From Octopus sinensis (Eukaryota): 64,000 nucleotides of DNA. Below, piece after piece: positions 27,318-41,520 of the stretch; the first letter of the stretch is position 1, and each line of letters begins with the position of its first letter. The translations under genes and the position numbers were made by a program. Under the pieces are notes generated by a model, which was not told where the DNA came from, did not search any database, and worked only from the letters and a program-made list of their open reading frames with translations. The stretch lies in assembly GCF_006345805.1 (NCBI RefSeq), contig NC_043001.1:124186001-124250000 (forward strand), in the 5' to 3' direction.

Positions 27318-27654
27318 CATACATATATTAAAACCTGCGCAATCGCATGCCTATCTTTATCGCACTTGTGATTCTTTAAAAAATTTGTTTATATATAAAT
27401 ACATCATTCAGTTGTACTTGCATACATATCTACATATGTTTACATATATGTGTGCGTGTGTGTGTGTGTTTCATTGCGCGTGTGTCTGTGAGGTGGGTAT
27501 ATGGGTGTGTGTGTGTGTGTGTGCGTGCACCTGTGCAGATGTGTGAGTGTATAAATGTGTATATGTGAGTGCATACGAGGCTATTTATGCACATACACAC
27601 AGACACACGCACGCGCGCACACATACACATATATATTTATACTTGAAAATACAA

Positions 27655-28142
27655 GCATACATACATATATACATATATACATGCATACATACACACATAC
27701 ATACATACATACATACATACATACATGCATACATACATACATACATGCATACATACATACGTACGTACGTACATACATACATACATACATACATACAACC
27801 ATACATACATATATGCATATATACATATATACATGCATGCATACATACATACATACATATTTATACTTGAACATACAAGCATACATATATACATGTATAC
27901 ATGCATATATACATACATACATGCATACATACATACATACATACATGCATACATACATACATACGTACGTACATACATACATATATATATACAACCATAC
28001 ATACATATATACATATATGCATATATACATGCATGCATGCATACATACATACATACATACATACATACGTACGTACGTACATACATACATACATACATAC
28101 ATACATACATACATACATACATACATACATACATACATACAT
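27655..28142. repeat. (ATAC)n compound microsatellite with internal block duplication
   Basis: TTTATACTTGAA.ATACAAGCATAC and ACAACCATAC landmarks each occur twice. Confidence 0.92.
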
Positions 28143-28706
28143 AAATGTTTGTTCTTTTGACCACTTAGGAGTAATTTGACAACATTGGAGAAACACGTTT
28201 GTTCAAGCTTCAAAACATCCATCGAGTATGTCACGTGAGACGAAATTACACTCTCTTCTGATGTGTCGTCAACATGAAAGAACATCGCCGTAAAAAATAA
28301 AACTCGTTATAAGCGTTATTGGGAGTGTTACGCTATGAGTGTAGGGAGGGGAGGATAGTGTGAAATGATTAACATGTCAGTTCCTTTGATTCTCGTAATA
28401 TAAACTGAAAATATTGTTATTGACAACGTTTGTTCATGGAATAAAAACATACTGACTCAAAGATGTGCTTGCGCACGTGTGTGCGTGTATAAATGAATAT
28501 GGATGAATATATTATATAAAATGTAAATATAATTTTTTATATATATAAAATATATATATATATGTAAATAAAAATATATATATATATCATATATATATAT
28601 ATAATATATATGTATATATATATAATATATATGTATATATATATATATATATATATGAAAAAACAAGTAAAAAATAGAAAATGCTAAAATAATTTTATAG
28701 TGAACA

Positions 28707-28750
28707 TTTCAGTACCGGTTTCGGTCATTTTGAGACCTTTTCAACTGTAA
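28707..28750 (-). ncRNA. Minimal hammerhead, U3-A8 variant core
   Basis: TTACAG-TTGAAAA-GGTC(7 nt)GACC-GAAA-CCGG-TA-CTGAAA. Confidence 0.75.
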
Positions 28751-29100
28751 CGATTAAATAATTAAATTTAGAAAAATTAGAAGAAAAGTTTTTTTAAAAG
28801 AATATTTCTATAGTAGTGTTCAGATTTAAGTGGCATTCTGCCTTTCTCTGACTCCCTTGTTTGCACTTGTGTGTTCGAGGTAGTTGTGAGCTCTTGGTAG
28901 GGTAGTAGAGAGAAGGCTGGTGAGGAAAGGGGGGTGGGAGAATCTGGGAGTGCCCTGATGGTCGTATTTTGAATGGTCAGTGGCGGCTGGCAGTCTCAGT
29001 TCAATTCAGGAGAATATTTATATTGACAGGCTTGTTTATAGAATTAGCGTAGGTGTTATACTAAAAAACATTAGTGACAAACTTAAGGGGTAGGGGGTGG

Positions 29101-29352
29101 AGAAGAAGAAGAAGAAGAAGAAGAAGAAGAAGAAGAAGGAGAAGGAGAAGAGAAGGAGAAGATGACGATGATGGTGATGGTGGTGATGATTATGACGACG
29201 ATGATGATGATAACGATGATGATGAAGAAGAAGAAGAAGAAGAGGAGGAGAAGGAGAAGATGGTGGTGATGATGGTGGCGATGATGATGATGCCGATGAT
29301 GATGATAACGATGATGATGAAGAAGAAGAAGAGGAAGAAGAAGAAGAAGAAA
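29101..29352. repeat. (GAA/GAT/GGT)n triplet tract inside the Penelope 3' region
   Basis: Direct reading. Confidence 0.92.
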
Positions 29353-29479
29353 AAAACAGAGAAGGGAGAATATGAATGTAAATATAGCTATGAAGGGGCT
29401 GATTAGTAATGGATTCTATTGAGTGTAGTATTTGTGTGTGTAGATATATTTTTTTCTTTTATTCTAAAGTTGAGGTATA

Positions 29480-31612
29480 TTAATTGTTTGTCGTAGACCC
29501 GTTAAGAAGTGGCTTGTATTTTGTAATAAAGAGATTTTCTTTACTTATTCGTTGTCTCGAGGTTGTATCGTCCCTAAATTGGTAGAGGGGGAAAATTCTG
29601 AAGTTTGGTGTTTTTTTGTTGGCGCAAGTATCTATTTTTCTGTTTTGGGGAATTTTTATCTGGGATCTGTGCAGGGCCATTCGTTTACGCAAACCATTTT
29701 TTGTTTGGCCTATGTACTGCTCTTGACACCCGGAGCAGGTTAGTGAGTATATTAGGTTCTCCGAAGCACATGTGAAGTTGCTTTTCACTGTAAAACGTTG
29801 TCCCTGTTTGAAGGAGAACTCAGAACCCTCGATTAGATAGTCGCATATCCCGCAATTGGGTCTTCCACATTTTTTTACTGTCGGCTTCTGTGTTGAAGAG
29901 TGAATTCGGGCTTGTGTAAGGAGACTTTTCATGGATCTAGGCTGTCTTTTGCTTTTTATGATCGTGTGTGTTTGGAGGATTGTGTTCATTCTGTGGTCTT
30001 TTTTTAGGAGGGGTATGTTGTGGAGGATGGTGTCGAAGGCTTCGTTATTGAGAGGGTTGTGTGTGGAGATGTATGGTAAGGCTTTTGGTTGTAAGTTTTT
30101 CTTTGATTTGGGATGTCTCAGTTCCTTGATGTTAAGTTGAAGGGCACGTTGAATGCATTTGTCAATAAGTGAAGGTGGATAGTTCCTGGTGATTAGGGTA
30201 TCTTTTAGTTCTTGTAGTCGTGTGTCTCTGGTGTTTGCGTTAGAGACTATAGTGCATATCCTTTTTGCTAGATTGAAGGGGATATTCATCCTGGTGTGTC
30301 TGGGGTGGCATGAATTGAATGGAAGATATTGCTTAGAGTCTGTAGGCTTATAGTATATGTCTGTTTCTATTATATTATTAGCTTTCTTAATGAGGATATC
30401 GAGGAAGGGGAGTTGTTGTTGGCTATATTCCATCGGGAATTGGATGTTTACGTCCAGTCCGTTTAAAATTTTCTGGAATTCTATGAGTTTTTCTATATTT
30501 TTATGCCAAAGGATGAAACAGTCATCTAGATATCTCTTCCAGTTGTTTTCTATGTAGATGGAGAAAGGGCTGCCATATCTTTCTAGAACCTTACGATACA
30601 GACTGATCTCTAGGTATCCTATGACTAGGTTGGCAAAGGAGGGGGCCATTCGTGTACCCATCGCAGTCCCCGATTTTTGTCGGTAGAAGTTGTCATTGAA
30701 GGCGAAGAAGTTATTTTCCAGGATGAATTTAACCCCTTCTATCACAAATTCTTTTTTGATGCGGTGTGGTAGTTCGTTGGCGTGCTCTCTAGCCAGAATT
30801 GGATTGCCTCTAGTCCTAGGTTGTGGGGGATATTGGAGTAGAGGTTGACTACATCGAAGGATACCAGTATGGTGTTTTTGTTTATAGTATTCGGTAGGTG
30901 ATTGAGCATATCTAAGTCGTCCCTTATATAGCTTTTGACATGTTTGAGGAGTGGTTTTAACAGGGTGTCTAAAAAGTTACTGAGGCGGTGGGTTTCGCAT
31001 GCGGGACCTGCTATTATGGGTCTCAATTTGAGGTCATTAGGATTAGGGACTTTAATTATTTTGTCTGTAGCTATCTTGCATGCGTTGCTTATTTTTTCAC
31101 TTTTGTGGATCTTAGGTATACCGTAGAATTGGCTAGTTTTACTTGTGAAATTGGTCATATAATCATATTCTTTGTCGGTTAGCCCTGCTTTGTATGGGTT
31201 TAATATGGATTTTAGTTCCCTCATTATTTTTGTTGACTGTAGTTTTGTGCCTTTTCATAGTATGTTGTGTCTTCCAGCATAGAAAGTACCAAAGTTATGT
31301 AAAATGTCGTATCCATTAAGACAACAGCACTCCCTTTATCGGCCTCTTTGATTGTTATTGTTTTATCTAGTTTTATTTGTTCAACTCAGCCCATTCTTTT
31401 TTGCTGAAGTTTGGTTTGTGTTTTTGTTTGTGCATATGTTGATATGGGTAATTTGATATGTGGTCACAGAAATCATCAAGTGTTTTATTCTTACCTTTCG
31501 AGGGGGTGTAGTTACTCCTATTTCTGGCTAACGATTCGTCCTCGTTGTATTTATCGTATAGCTCCTCAGTAAGTCTTAATTTTCTGCAGAATTCTGCGAT
31601 GTCTTCTTTCAT
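29480..31612 (-). pseudogene. Penelope RT + GIY-YIG polyprotein in three frameshifted pieces
   Basis: ORFs 31373-31612, 30742-31224 and 29480-30745 give collinear PLE motifs. Confidence 0.92.
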
Positions 31613-31829
31613 TTCATTGTAGTTGGGGTGTTGTGGGGTGGGTGTAAACTTGAGTCCTTTGGAAAGTATGTTTATTGGTTTGCTGTTAGTTCCTTGTGAG
31701 TTAGATTAATAATTTTTATTACTTTTGGTTCCTCCTGCTTGTTTGGTGCTATCTTGTGTCTCTGTGTTTGCGTATTGGGTCTAAAAAATGAATGCGGTGG
31801 TTGGGACGGTAGCTAGTATATAGTTGTTC

Positions 31830-31866
<37 letters not shown>

Positions 31867-31902
31867 GTATATGTATATATATATATGTATATATATATAA
31901 TA

Positions 31903-31950
<48 letters not shown>

Positions 31951-32003
31951 TATACATAGAATATACAATCAATTCAATGATTTAATATACTTTGATACAT
32001 AAC

Positions 32004-32034
<31 letters not shown>

Positions 32035-32097
32035 ACATCTATATATATATACATATATGTATATGTATGTATCTAAGTATGTATTGAAAAATATAAA

Positions 32098-32133
<36 letters not shown>

Positions 32134-32299
32134 TAGGAGAAATATACATATATATATATATAAGAAACAAAATTATTTATATTTAACTCTTATTTAATTT
32201 TTATTCACACATCGTTCCTGTTTTTTGTAAGTTTATATATGTGTATTGTATTATTACTTTTATATACATATTATTTATATTTAAATCTTAAGTTAAATA

Positions 32300-32780
32300 T
32301 TGCAACATTTAAATTATCAAGCAACTTACAAAGATTCCAAGATGCTATAGAAAGTATCAATCCTGACCCAAACAATCTATGGGAGGATTTCAAAACAAAA
32401 TTATTTCAGGCTGCAAGTTTGTCTGTGGGATTTAAATCAAGTAAGCCCAGTTACTGGTTCTCCGATAGATCAGCAGAAATTCATGATCTACTATTAGGAA
32501 AACAAAACTTAGACAATACTCTTCTTTCTTGAACCCCAACTCAACGAGACTTACAGATGCCATTTTAGTCTCCTTTTATAAATCGGGATCAAAGGCTCTG
32601 TGGAAATTTTCGTGGGATTTAGCTTTTTTCTGTGGTTGTAAATGTACTTGCCCGCATTCTGTTAGAGCGTTTAAATACCTTCATAGTTCCAAATATAGTG
32701 TATGAGTCTCTGTGTGGTTTTCATTCCTCCAGAGGCACAGCTGGTTGTGTCAGAAAATTACAAGAAAAGGTTGCCGGGTG
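32300..32780 (+). mobile_element. Decayed RTE-like LINE fragments
   Basis: LWEDFKTKL...VGF...YWFS and VLARILLERL...ESLCGFHSSRGT resemble the RTE linker and RT start. Confidence 0.6.
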
Positions 32781-33564
32781 TAAGAATAAGAATACAAGAG
32801 TTATGGAATGGAGTATATAAGATCCAGGCTACATTTATATTCCATAGCGAGCGGAACCTAAGAAGTGGTAAATATCCAGGCGAGGTGTACACCGCAGGCT
32901 ACTCTTCAGGTCAAGGCTATTTTGGTTAAATGAATGTTTATATTGTCGCAATGTAAACTTGTACAGCACAGCTTAAACTTTAAATTGCGTGACAAATATC
33001 TAGTACTAAAAACTCCAGGAGTATTTCCTCTCGAGTATTCTAATTTAGTCCTTTGTTATCAAATCGGTGTCTCAGTGTTTCACAATCTATATGAAAAAAT
33101 TAAAAAAAGGATGACACATTGTTTACAACTTAGGTGTATTTCATTATCAGAAGATGATTATTCACTACTTGATATCAATAACATAATCAAGAAATGCATA
33201 ACTTCTGGGCGGAAAATTTCTGAATTAAAAATTTCACAAAGTTCACTATCTGGAAGTAAGTGAGTGCCTGTAGCAGAAGCGCTTGTGAAAGAAAATTATT
33301 CCGAATTAAGATGGAGGAGATAACACAGGAGAGAATAGGGGTTTGCAGATAAGAGAACAAATATTACTGGAACGTCAGTGAGATAGATGTCATTTTCCAA
33401 GCGAGAGGTTTATTGTGTATTATTATGCAATGTTCTCCTTTGATGTTCGTTGTTAAGCTTAGACTGTCATAAAACTTAGCAGGACGTTTATGTTGTCATT
33501 TCAACTATGAAACAGATATATGGATGTTTTCGTATACACATGCTTTACGTATACCATACACAGT

Positions 33565-33599
<35 letters not shown>

Positions 33600-33694
33600 A
33601 TGTATGTATTATATATGTATGTATGTATGTATGTGTATGTATGGATTATATATATATATATGTGTGTGTATACATATATCTATCTATCTATCTA

Positions 33695-33725
<31 letters not shown>

Positions 33726-36321
33726 GCTGAAAGGGATATACATATATATACACCCGTATACACATATACGCTCATCCTGACACAAGCACAAATACTTGTG
33801 CAAGTACACATGCTCGCGCGCCCGCGCACACCCATACACATATATAAATTAATACATTAGGAGTACAAACATTTACAAATCCAGGTTTTATTATACAGTT
33901 AATGACATCTCTCTATATCAGTACCTACATGTGTTTCCGCTGAAAGTTAGTGCACACTGCAAATTTTGCATCTTGATGTGCATTTTGGCTTTAATTACTG
34001 ATGCCTCTTCGTCAGGGTACAATTTCACTGCATTTCAGATACCACCTGAACAGTACTAAACCAACTAAAATTGTGCATAGACCTGGTGTTAGTGTTCCTT
34101 AAGATAACCAAAAATTGTGACCTTTTAACCCGGCTGGTGAGGAAAACAAGTTACTTGCTGTCCGAAATTGGATCAATAGTCCGCTAATGTATTAAGTTCA
34201 TGGTCCTTTACCATTCCATCAGTATAAAAATAGTATTCCTGTTTTATTCGGTGTATCTTGTTACTATAAGTATGTTGATATTATTATTGTTATCATCATT
34301 ATCATTGTTGATAAGCTATTGGTCTATTATTTAATTAGCTAATTCTATAATGGATTTAATTTCATTTAGGGCGATAGTTAATTTTATTCGTTTATTCTTC
34401 TTTACACTCTTTAAAATTATGCTTAATTTATGTTGAAGTTTATATTCAATTTACTTTTCCCTTAGTTTTACTTGATTTCGATTCTAATTTTAGTATTACC
34501 TATCATGCAATTATTTGAATCGGTTAAACGTATACTTCTCTTGATGAATTCATTTGAGTGCGCTTTTGCAGCTATGGCTTATTAATTTGTATTTTGATGT
34601 AAGAATTTCGCAAATATCTTCTACACACAATTCAAACCGTTTGCTTCCTCTTCAGTATGGTTCATCTCTACTAATTATAACCCAGGTAATGGCATAACTT
34701 TATTATTATCTATTATGAACCAAATTAAATTGCTTGAGCTTCTATTATTCCGCCTATTACTATCCCTAAATGAATGTTCGTGTCTAGTTATTCTACATAT
34801 GGAAAACGCTTTGCTAACACCAACAGAGTAATATACCTGATACTCTGAAACTACTTTGCACTTGTATCTTCTTTTCTCTAAATTCAATATCTATAAAGCA
34901 GAAATGCGAAACGTTTGTCTGATTTGGGGATTGGAATTGGGTTAAGGGGCACTAGATTGAGTCGGATTGGCTCCAAAATTTACAGGGACATGACATGTAA
35001 AAAGAGGCGAGGAAGTGAGTGGGCTACGTTAGAAACACCTATCTCAAAAGCTATGGTTACTAGGGTAATACACCCCACACTTTGACAAGTGTTTGTCGTT
35101 TCTCTCTTTGGGATATCACCCTCTCTTCCTCGATCTCTCTCTTTCCTCCCTTCCCTCCAATTTCTCTCTATAACAACGTTTGACAGCTTCACCGTCTCTC
35201 TTTCACTCTTTCTCCCACCACCGCTCTCACTGTACGTCTGTCTGTATCTATAGAGAGAAAACGTTGACAGCCACAAAAGTTTAAATATTCCTGCGACAGG
35301 TCTTTTTTTGCTCGACACTCGCGTCAGATTTAAGTGTCTTAACTTTTCCCATCAAGATCGTTGCTGCTTCTTTGGACCAGTCAGCATAGGTGTTGAGAAG
35401 TAGTAATACAACACATAGGTGGTGGTTTCAAATCTCTTTAAAATTTACGAGAGATCTAGTTAAAAATTTTTATTTATGCAACAAAATTTCTTTCAACGAT
35501 TCCTTTCTCTTATGCGTGACACACGCGTCAGGTACGTAAGAAAAACAAATTGGCGTATTACTATTATAGATAAATAGATAATGTTACCTCTATGATTTCA
35601 TTAATATAAGAAAATGCGCACAGGTTTGTGTGTATGTGTGCTGCATGAAACTTGGCTGCTCTGCATCTGAATGAAAGGCACTATTCGTTAGTGTATTTTG
35701 GAAATATAAGTAAAGCATATAAATAACGTTCTAATAACATGGTCATAGTCTCATTTAAAATCGTTTAACGTCTGGTTACATTCTTAAATTCTTTCACTCA
35801 TGCGTGTTCGGTTTTCTTTTAACATTCCGTTCAATAAATCTTCCATAGTTAATATTCAGTCATTTCTTTACACACCTACGTATGGTTTAGTGTTATTAAG
35901 TAATGTTTTGCTAACTACTATAATGTACTACAATATTTACTTGTTGAAAACGTATGGCCAAAGGATGAAAATATTTTTGCACATATACCGTTTTGACATC
36001 TATAAAGTTAACAGCTTCAGTGTTTGCACTGAAAATTTAATATTACATCGGTTGCCTTTATATTTTATTGGAATGCACATTTGCATTTTCATTTTAAGAG
36101 AGTCCTTTGCGTTTTGGGATGTGGGGTGAAGTTGATGCTGTGGTGATTTTGTATTACATGAAATACTATGATTTAATATGGTAAAGAAATATGAGCAATC
36201 CGATTATTATTATGAACAAAGATGAACCTACCTCACGGCAAGAGGTGCAAATGAGAGTAGCTGTATCAATCTCCATTCTTCACCAAGTGCCACATATTAG
36301 ACGAGGTTCGTCGCAATAACA

Positions 36322-36389
36322 GTGTAGCACAAAACGGCGGTGCATCAGCATGGCCGCAGCTCTGAGCTGAAACTAGAAAGAAAAAAAAA
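36322..36389 (+). mobile_element. Retroposon 3' tail fragment
   Basis: GGCGGTGCATCAGCATGGCCGCAGCTCTGAGCTGAAACTAG plus A-rich tail; related at 8-56(+) and 42945-42998(-). Confidence 0.65.
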
Positions 36390-36981
36390 GATGGGAACAT
36401 TACAAAGGTAGATATATTACAACAGCAAATTCTTTGAGATTAGGAATGAAACCATGAAACGACGAAAAATTTTAACTCCAAAATTTACAACTTCACATGT
36501 TCGAAATCGAGCTATTCCTCCACAATATAGAGATGCATTTAGGCCTACCTCTGAGCTAGTTTCATTCAGATCAATGTCATCATTCGCTGAATATCAAGTC
36601 CTTTGTACTTAGTACGTGTAGATATAAAACAAAAAGATATATGTGCTTATTGGGTATATTGCTCGGAAATTTTTGCAGAAATCCAACGGGGCTGGAAACG
36701 TTACTACTAAAAATAAAGAAAGCTACCTTCGTAATATTTCTGTAAATGAAAGTATAGGCTTATATTTTAGACAAGATTTAGAGTTACTTCCTCATAAGAA
36801 TGCCAAAATACAAAGAACATCTCTGTTGAACTGTACTACTGATATTTCTATTTTTTGCAGACAAAGCACTCGGTGAAAAGAGTGGTCAAGGGTCTCGCCA
36901 ATCAGACATTCCAACTCTGATAATTCACTATATGAAACGAAACCAAACAGAAAAAAAACATCATAGAATTATTTCCGACAA

Positions 36982-37185
36982 TACGAGGGTATACTGAAAA
37001 GTTCTTGGCATTGTGCGAAAGAAAATACAGCATGATCAGTTAATTATGATTTTATTCAATATATTACCCTCTCAGATTCACACACTTATTGCAGTGGTCC
37101 TTGAGTTTTTCTAAGCCCTGTAAAAGTATCCTGAAACTTGGGCTTCCAGCCAAGCGTTTCGCTATACTCTTAAAGCGAGGAACTC
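36982..37185. mobile_element. Mariner terminal fragment
   Basis: TACGAGGGTATACTGAAAAGTT TIR-like start followed by transposase-end-like sequence. Confidence 0.6.
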
Positions 37186-37978
37186 ATAGAATTCGTAAAA
37201 GTGCAAGGCTGAGCGGCTAGGCTAGAGTATTGCGCTCTTGATCTTGAGTTTGTAGTTTCGTTTCCGAGAAACTTTGCATTCTTGTGCAAAACACTTTATT
37301 TCACCTTCCTCCAGTCCATTCAGTTGTAAGTGGGTAACTCTGCGACGGATTGGTGCTCCGTTAAGTGGGAAAGCAAACTTTTTCCGACTAACCAGCGCGT
37401 AATTCTAAAGATACAACAATGCGAGGGAGCACGTGTAACCCGTGTTGTGCAACAACATATGACGATCTGGTCTGCAGAGTGGTATACAATTCAGTATAAA
37501 GAACCACATGAAACAATAAAAGGAGAGAAAATTTAAATGATAGTGGGAATGATTTTATCAGTTATAAAATTTCATTCATCATAAATTATTGCTATTAGAA
37601 AACGACAAGACCACTGCTACCTCTATGAATTCATCCAATGAGAGAAAACAGACATGTTAATAATATGCATCTAAATTACACACAAATGACTAATAACTAA
37701 ATAAAAAAATCCTTAATAAAAACGAATAAACACGGACAGTAGTTATATCATATTTTGCAATACAGCATGTTTGAAAGGAAAATGTGTACAAAAATATATA
37801 CATATAAGCGTGTGTGTGTGTGTGTTTGTGAATACATAGATGTATCTACACAAGTATAAGGTTAAGCATATTCATAGATATAACATATACAGGAACAGGT
37901 GATGTCATTAAATATATTTATTTTCCTGTTTATCTATCTTTTCCTTTCTACGTACACACACACAGGTGTGTGTATGTA

Positions 37979-38027
<49 letters not shown>

Positions 38028-38232
38028 AGAGAGAGAGAGAGAGAGAGTGAGATAGAGAGAGAGACAGAGAGAGATACATACATACATACGTACATACATA
38101 TTCACATATACGTATTCATGTATATTTTAATGTGTGTGTCCTGCACGCGTATGCGTATACCAGTGTGCCGCATGGGTATTAGTATTTGCATACGTTTATA
38201 CATACATACATGCATACATACACGCATACATG

Positions 38233-38292
<60 letters not shown>

Positions 38293-38334
38293 ATATATAT
38301 TATATATATATTATGTGTGTATATATATATATAT

Positions 38335-38451
38335 GGCCTGCTCGCTTAGCCAGCGGGGTGGCGTCATTCGAAGGCTAAAACAATGCAAACACATTGTGAC
38401 CAGTGATGTGTAACAACATGTGATGGTCTGGTCGATCACATGATCACGTGA
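38335..38451. repeat. Short structured interspersed repeat in (TA)n, copy 1
   Basis: Homologous to 59885-59994. Confidence 0.8.
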
Positions 38452-38455
38452 TATA

Positions 38456-38526
<71 letters not shown>

Positions 38527-39110
38527 TATAAGTTTTATCTTAATAATTCTGATGCGCATTCTATACGATATTTTTTCTCTCTTATTTTCTCTCTTATTTG
38601 TTTACCTCCTCTTCTCCCACTATTCGATCCTATTCCACTGTCATTCTCTTTCCCTCACTCCTCCTCCCTTGCTCACGTGGCTACTACGTGACCATCGACC
38701 ATCTTTCATTTTCTCCGTTGAACATGGAACAAGGAAGATGTGTTCCTGTTTGTCTCCTGTCCTAGATTGATCTACGCATTCACCACCACAACCTCGTTTA
38801 GGCTTAACATCCCTTCCTGTTTGTTTTCAGTGTCCTGCTTGTGTTACCTATTTTGACCCTCCGCAAAATCACAAGTTTTGATGAATTTGCCTGCGGGAGC
38901 AACTGTTTTATCGAAAGCGGATATTGTTGTTACATGCTCAAAATACGAGACTAGAAAAGCAGCCAACAACTGATGAAGGGTCGTTCTTTATGTTGTTTGT
39001 TTCGTTTTCCATTTGTGTCTTTCGTTTTTCGAAAGAGTAGTTCATGTCCCATATACTCGTGCTTCGTACTGTTTTGTTGTACACGTTTCACAACGTCCTG
39101 TGCCTACATA

Positions 39111-39149
<39 letters not shown>

Positions 39150-39436
39150 GTAATAATGAAGGGTGAAATTAATTAATTTGGAATAATTATCAATTACACC
39201 AAGTAGTCTTCGGCATGTAAAAGCCTCATTCGAGGAAAATTTAAGTAATACTAAGCAATAAAGGGTTTAGCAACGAATTGCCTTACCACATACCGAATTT
39301 AGAAATAGCAGTCAAAGGGTTATAGCTATTTCTTCTACTAAAAAGGGAGATCTCAGTAAAAACAGCAATTGGAAGGCAGACACAAACAGGTAAGAGAGAA
39401 TGAATTGACGGCAATCTATCATACATTTTTAAGTTA

Positions 39437-39543
39437 TCTACGGACGTACGTTTCGAAATCAAGTTTTTAGGAAAGCATAAGAATCAAATATTAAATATTA
39501 AATAATTCTATCTTACCGAAACTTCCTTTCTCTTCAGCGTAGA
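39437..39543 (-). ncRNA. Type-I hammerhead with long stem-II insertion (intact core)
   Basis: TCTACG-CTGAAGA-GAAA...TTTC-GAAA-CGTACG-TC-CGTAGA; palindromic ACGTACGT stem III; GUC site. Confidence 0.8.
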
Positions 39544-39702
39544 ATACTATAATCATAAATGATTTATATTGAATTTTGAGATACTAGAAGGCACCAACTC
39601 AACTCAGTATCAGAGCGGATTCTAGCTCGCTCTGATACTGAGTTGAGTTGGTGCCTTCTAGTATCTCAAAATTCAATATATAATCATTTATGATTATAGT
39701 AT

Positions 39703-39807
39703 TCTACGCTGAAGAGAAAGGAAGTTTCGGTAAGATAGAATTATTTAATATTTAATATTTGATTCTTATGCTTTCCTAAAACTTGATTTCGAAACGTCGT
39801 CCGTAGA
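39703..39807 (+). ncRNA. Mirror hammerhead copy with 1-nt deletion in stem III
   Basis: Same as 39437-39543 but GAAA-CGTCG-TC. Confidence 0.7.
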
Positions 39808-39987
39808 TAACTTAAAAATGTATGATAGATTGCCGTCAATTCATTCTCTCTTACCTGTTTGTGTCTGCCTTCCAATTGCTGTTTTTACTGAGATCTCCCT
39901 TTTTAGTAGAAGAAATAGCTATAACCCTTTGACTGCTATTTCTAAATTCGGTATGTGGTAAGGCAATTCGTTGCTAAACCCTTATTG

Positions 39988-40059
<72 letters not shown>

Positions 40060-40738
40060 ATGCATGTGTGTGGTGTGCGTGTGTGTGTATATCTATATAC
40101 GTATACAGATAAGTTATACATATATATTATCTGTATTATTATTATTATTATTATTATATTTATGTATGTATGTATATATGTATACATATATATATATATG
40201 GGAAATGTTATATCTGTTTGTATATCTATATACATATTATGTATATATATATATATATATATATGTATATTTAATATGTATATATATATATTATATATAT
40301 GTATATATTTATACACACACATATATATATATATATATAAATGTAACTGTATGTGTGTTTGTCTGTGTCTCTGTATGTGTGTGTGTATCTATGTATGTAT
40401 ATTCACTAACGAAAATGGCATTTTCACGCAATATAAACTTAGGATACCTGGCTGTTCATGCGTAAATGCATTTTGCATTACAAATAGTGTATAACAGGAG
40501 ATAAACGTTCTCCCTTTAAAATAGATGTGCATTATGTGTAATGGTGCTGTTGCAGACGTGTATTGCTTTTGCGATGATGATGATCCATCATCATGATATT
40601 CATCATTACCGACATATTCACTGACATATGAGCATCATAAACATCACATTCGGCAGAATCATTACCATTACGATGGTGATGATGACGGTATTTTAAAAGA
40701 AAACATATTTTTTATCATTGACATAACCTACACATGTA

Positions 40739-40798
<60 letters not shown>

Positions 40799-41239
40799 CA
40801 TACATATATATATATATATATATATGTAATTATGTATGTATTTATACGTGTATGTATATATATATATATATGTATACGTTTGTATATACAAACATATACA
40901 TATATGCATATATATATTCATACATATATACATATACACATCTATGTATACATATATATATATTATATATATATATATACATATTAGAATGTATATGTAT
41001 AATCAGTATATACATTACATACACACACATATGTATATGTATGTGTGTATGTATATATACAATATGTTATGTTATGTATACATACTTACACACATACATG
41101 TATCCTTGCAAGTATACCGCATACATACATGTACATAAGCGTATAGTTATTATTATCACCAGGTATTTCTAATATATAACAACTATAAGCTCTGCACATA
41201 AAATATAGTATTAGAATATTCCATATACAATTTCTGAAA

Positions 41240-41520
41240 TAATGGGATATGATGATGCATTCCGACAAACAGAAAAACTACACAACCTGGCTTGATATCA
41301 ACATGAAAGACGAGAAGCAAATGTCTTTCCTCTTCATTGATATGCTGCGCTCAACAAGCGGGAAAAATGCAATCAATTTTGTCGCAGCTATTGTACTCCT
41401 AAAATGTTATCCGGAAAGAAAGACACTAGATGTAAAAGTGCTGCAACTTAATATATTGCCCGTTATGACTGCACTTTGGATATGTTAGACAGAATATTAC
41501 CCAAGAGTGTATTTGAAGTT
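41240..41520 (+). mobile_element. Decayed RLE-type LINE C-terminal remnant
   Basis: WD...WLDINMKD...FLFIDM resembles the WD...RPDI...IID endonuclease region. Confidence 0.4.

Larger units (their letters stand above)
28657..31830 (-). mobile_element. Penelope-like element, ~3.2 kb, frameshifted, flanked by (TA)n
   Basis: LSKGLKFTPTP, KEADKGSAVV, FYGIPKIHK, LRPII, SFDVVNLYSNIP, GTAMG, RYLDD, LPFLD, GIY-YIG (LIYSLTC...YIGQT); hammerhead near the 3' end. Confidence 0.95.
39150..39989. mobile_element. Long palindromic Penelope pLTR-like insert in (TA)n
   Basis: Arms 39254-39617 and 39628-39989, 10-nt spacer, few indels; one hammerhead per arm. Confidence 0.85.

Noticed and set aside
29074-29406. 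Poly-R/D/E/M/K protein
   Set aside because: Translation of a triplet repeat antisense to the Penelope 3' region
38530-39105. Hammerhead at CTGATGAAGGG (~38970) in a TA-flanked insert
   Set aside because: No convincing stem II closure, stem III or stem I found; probably a repeat remnant but unclassified
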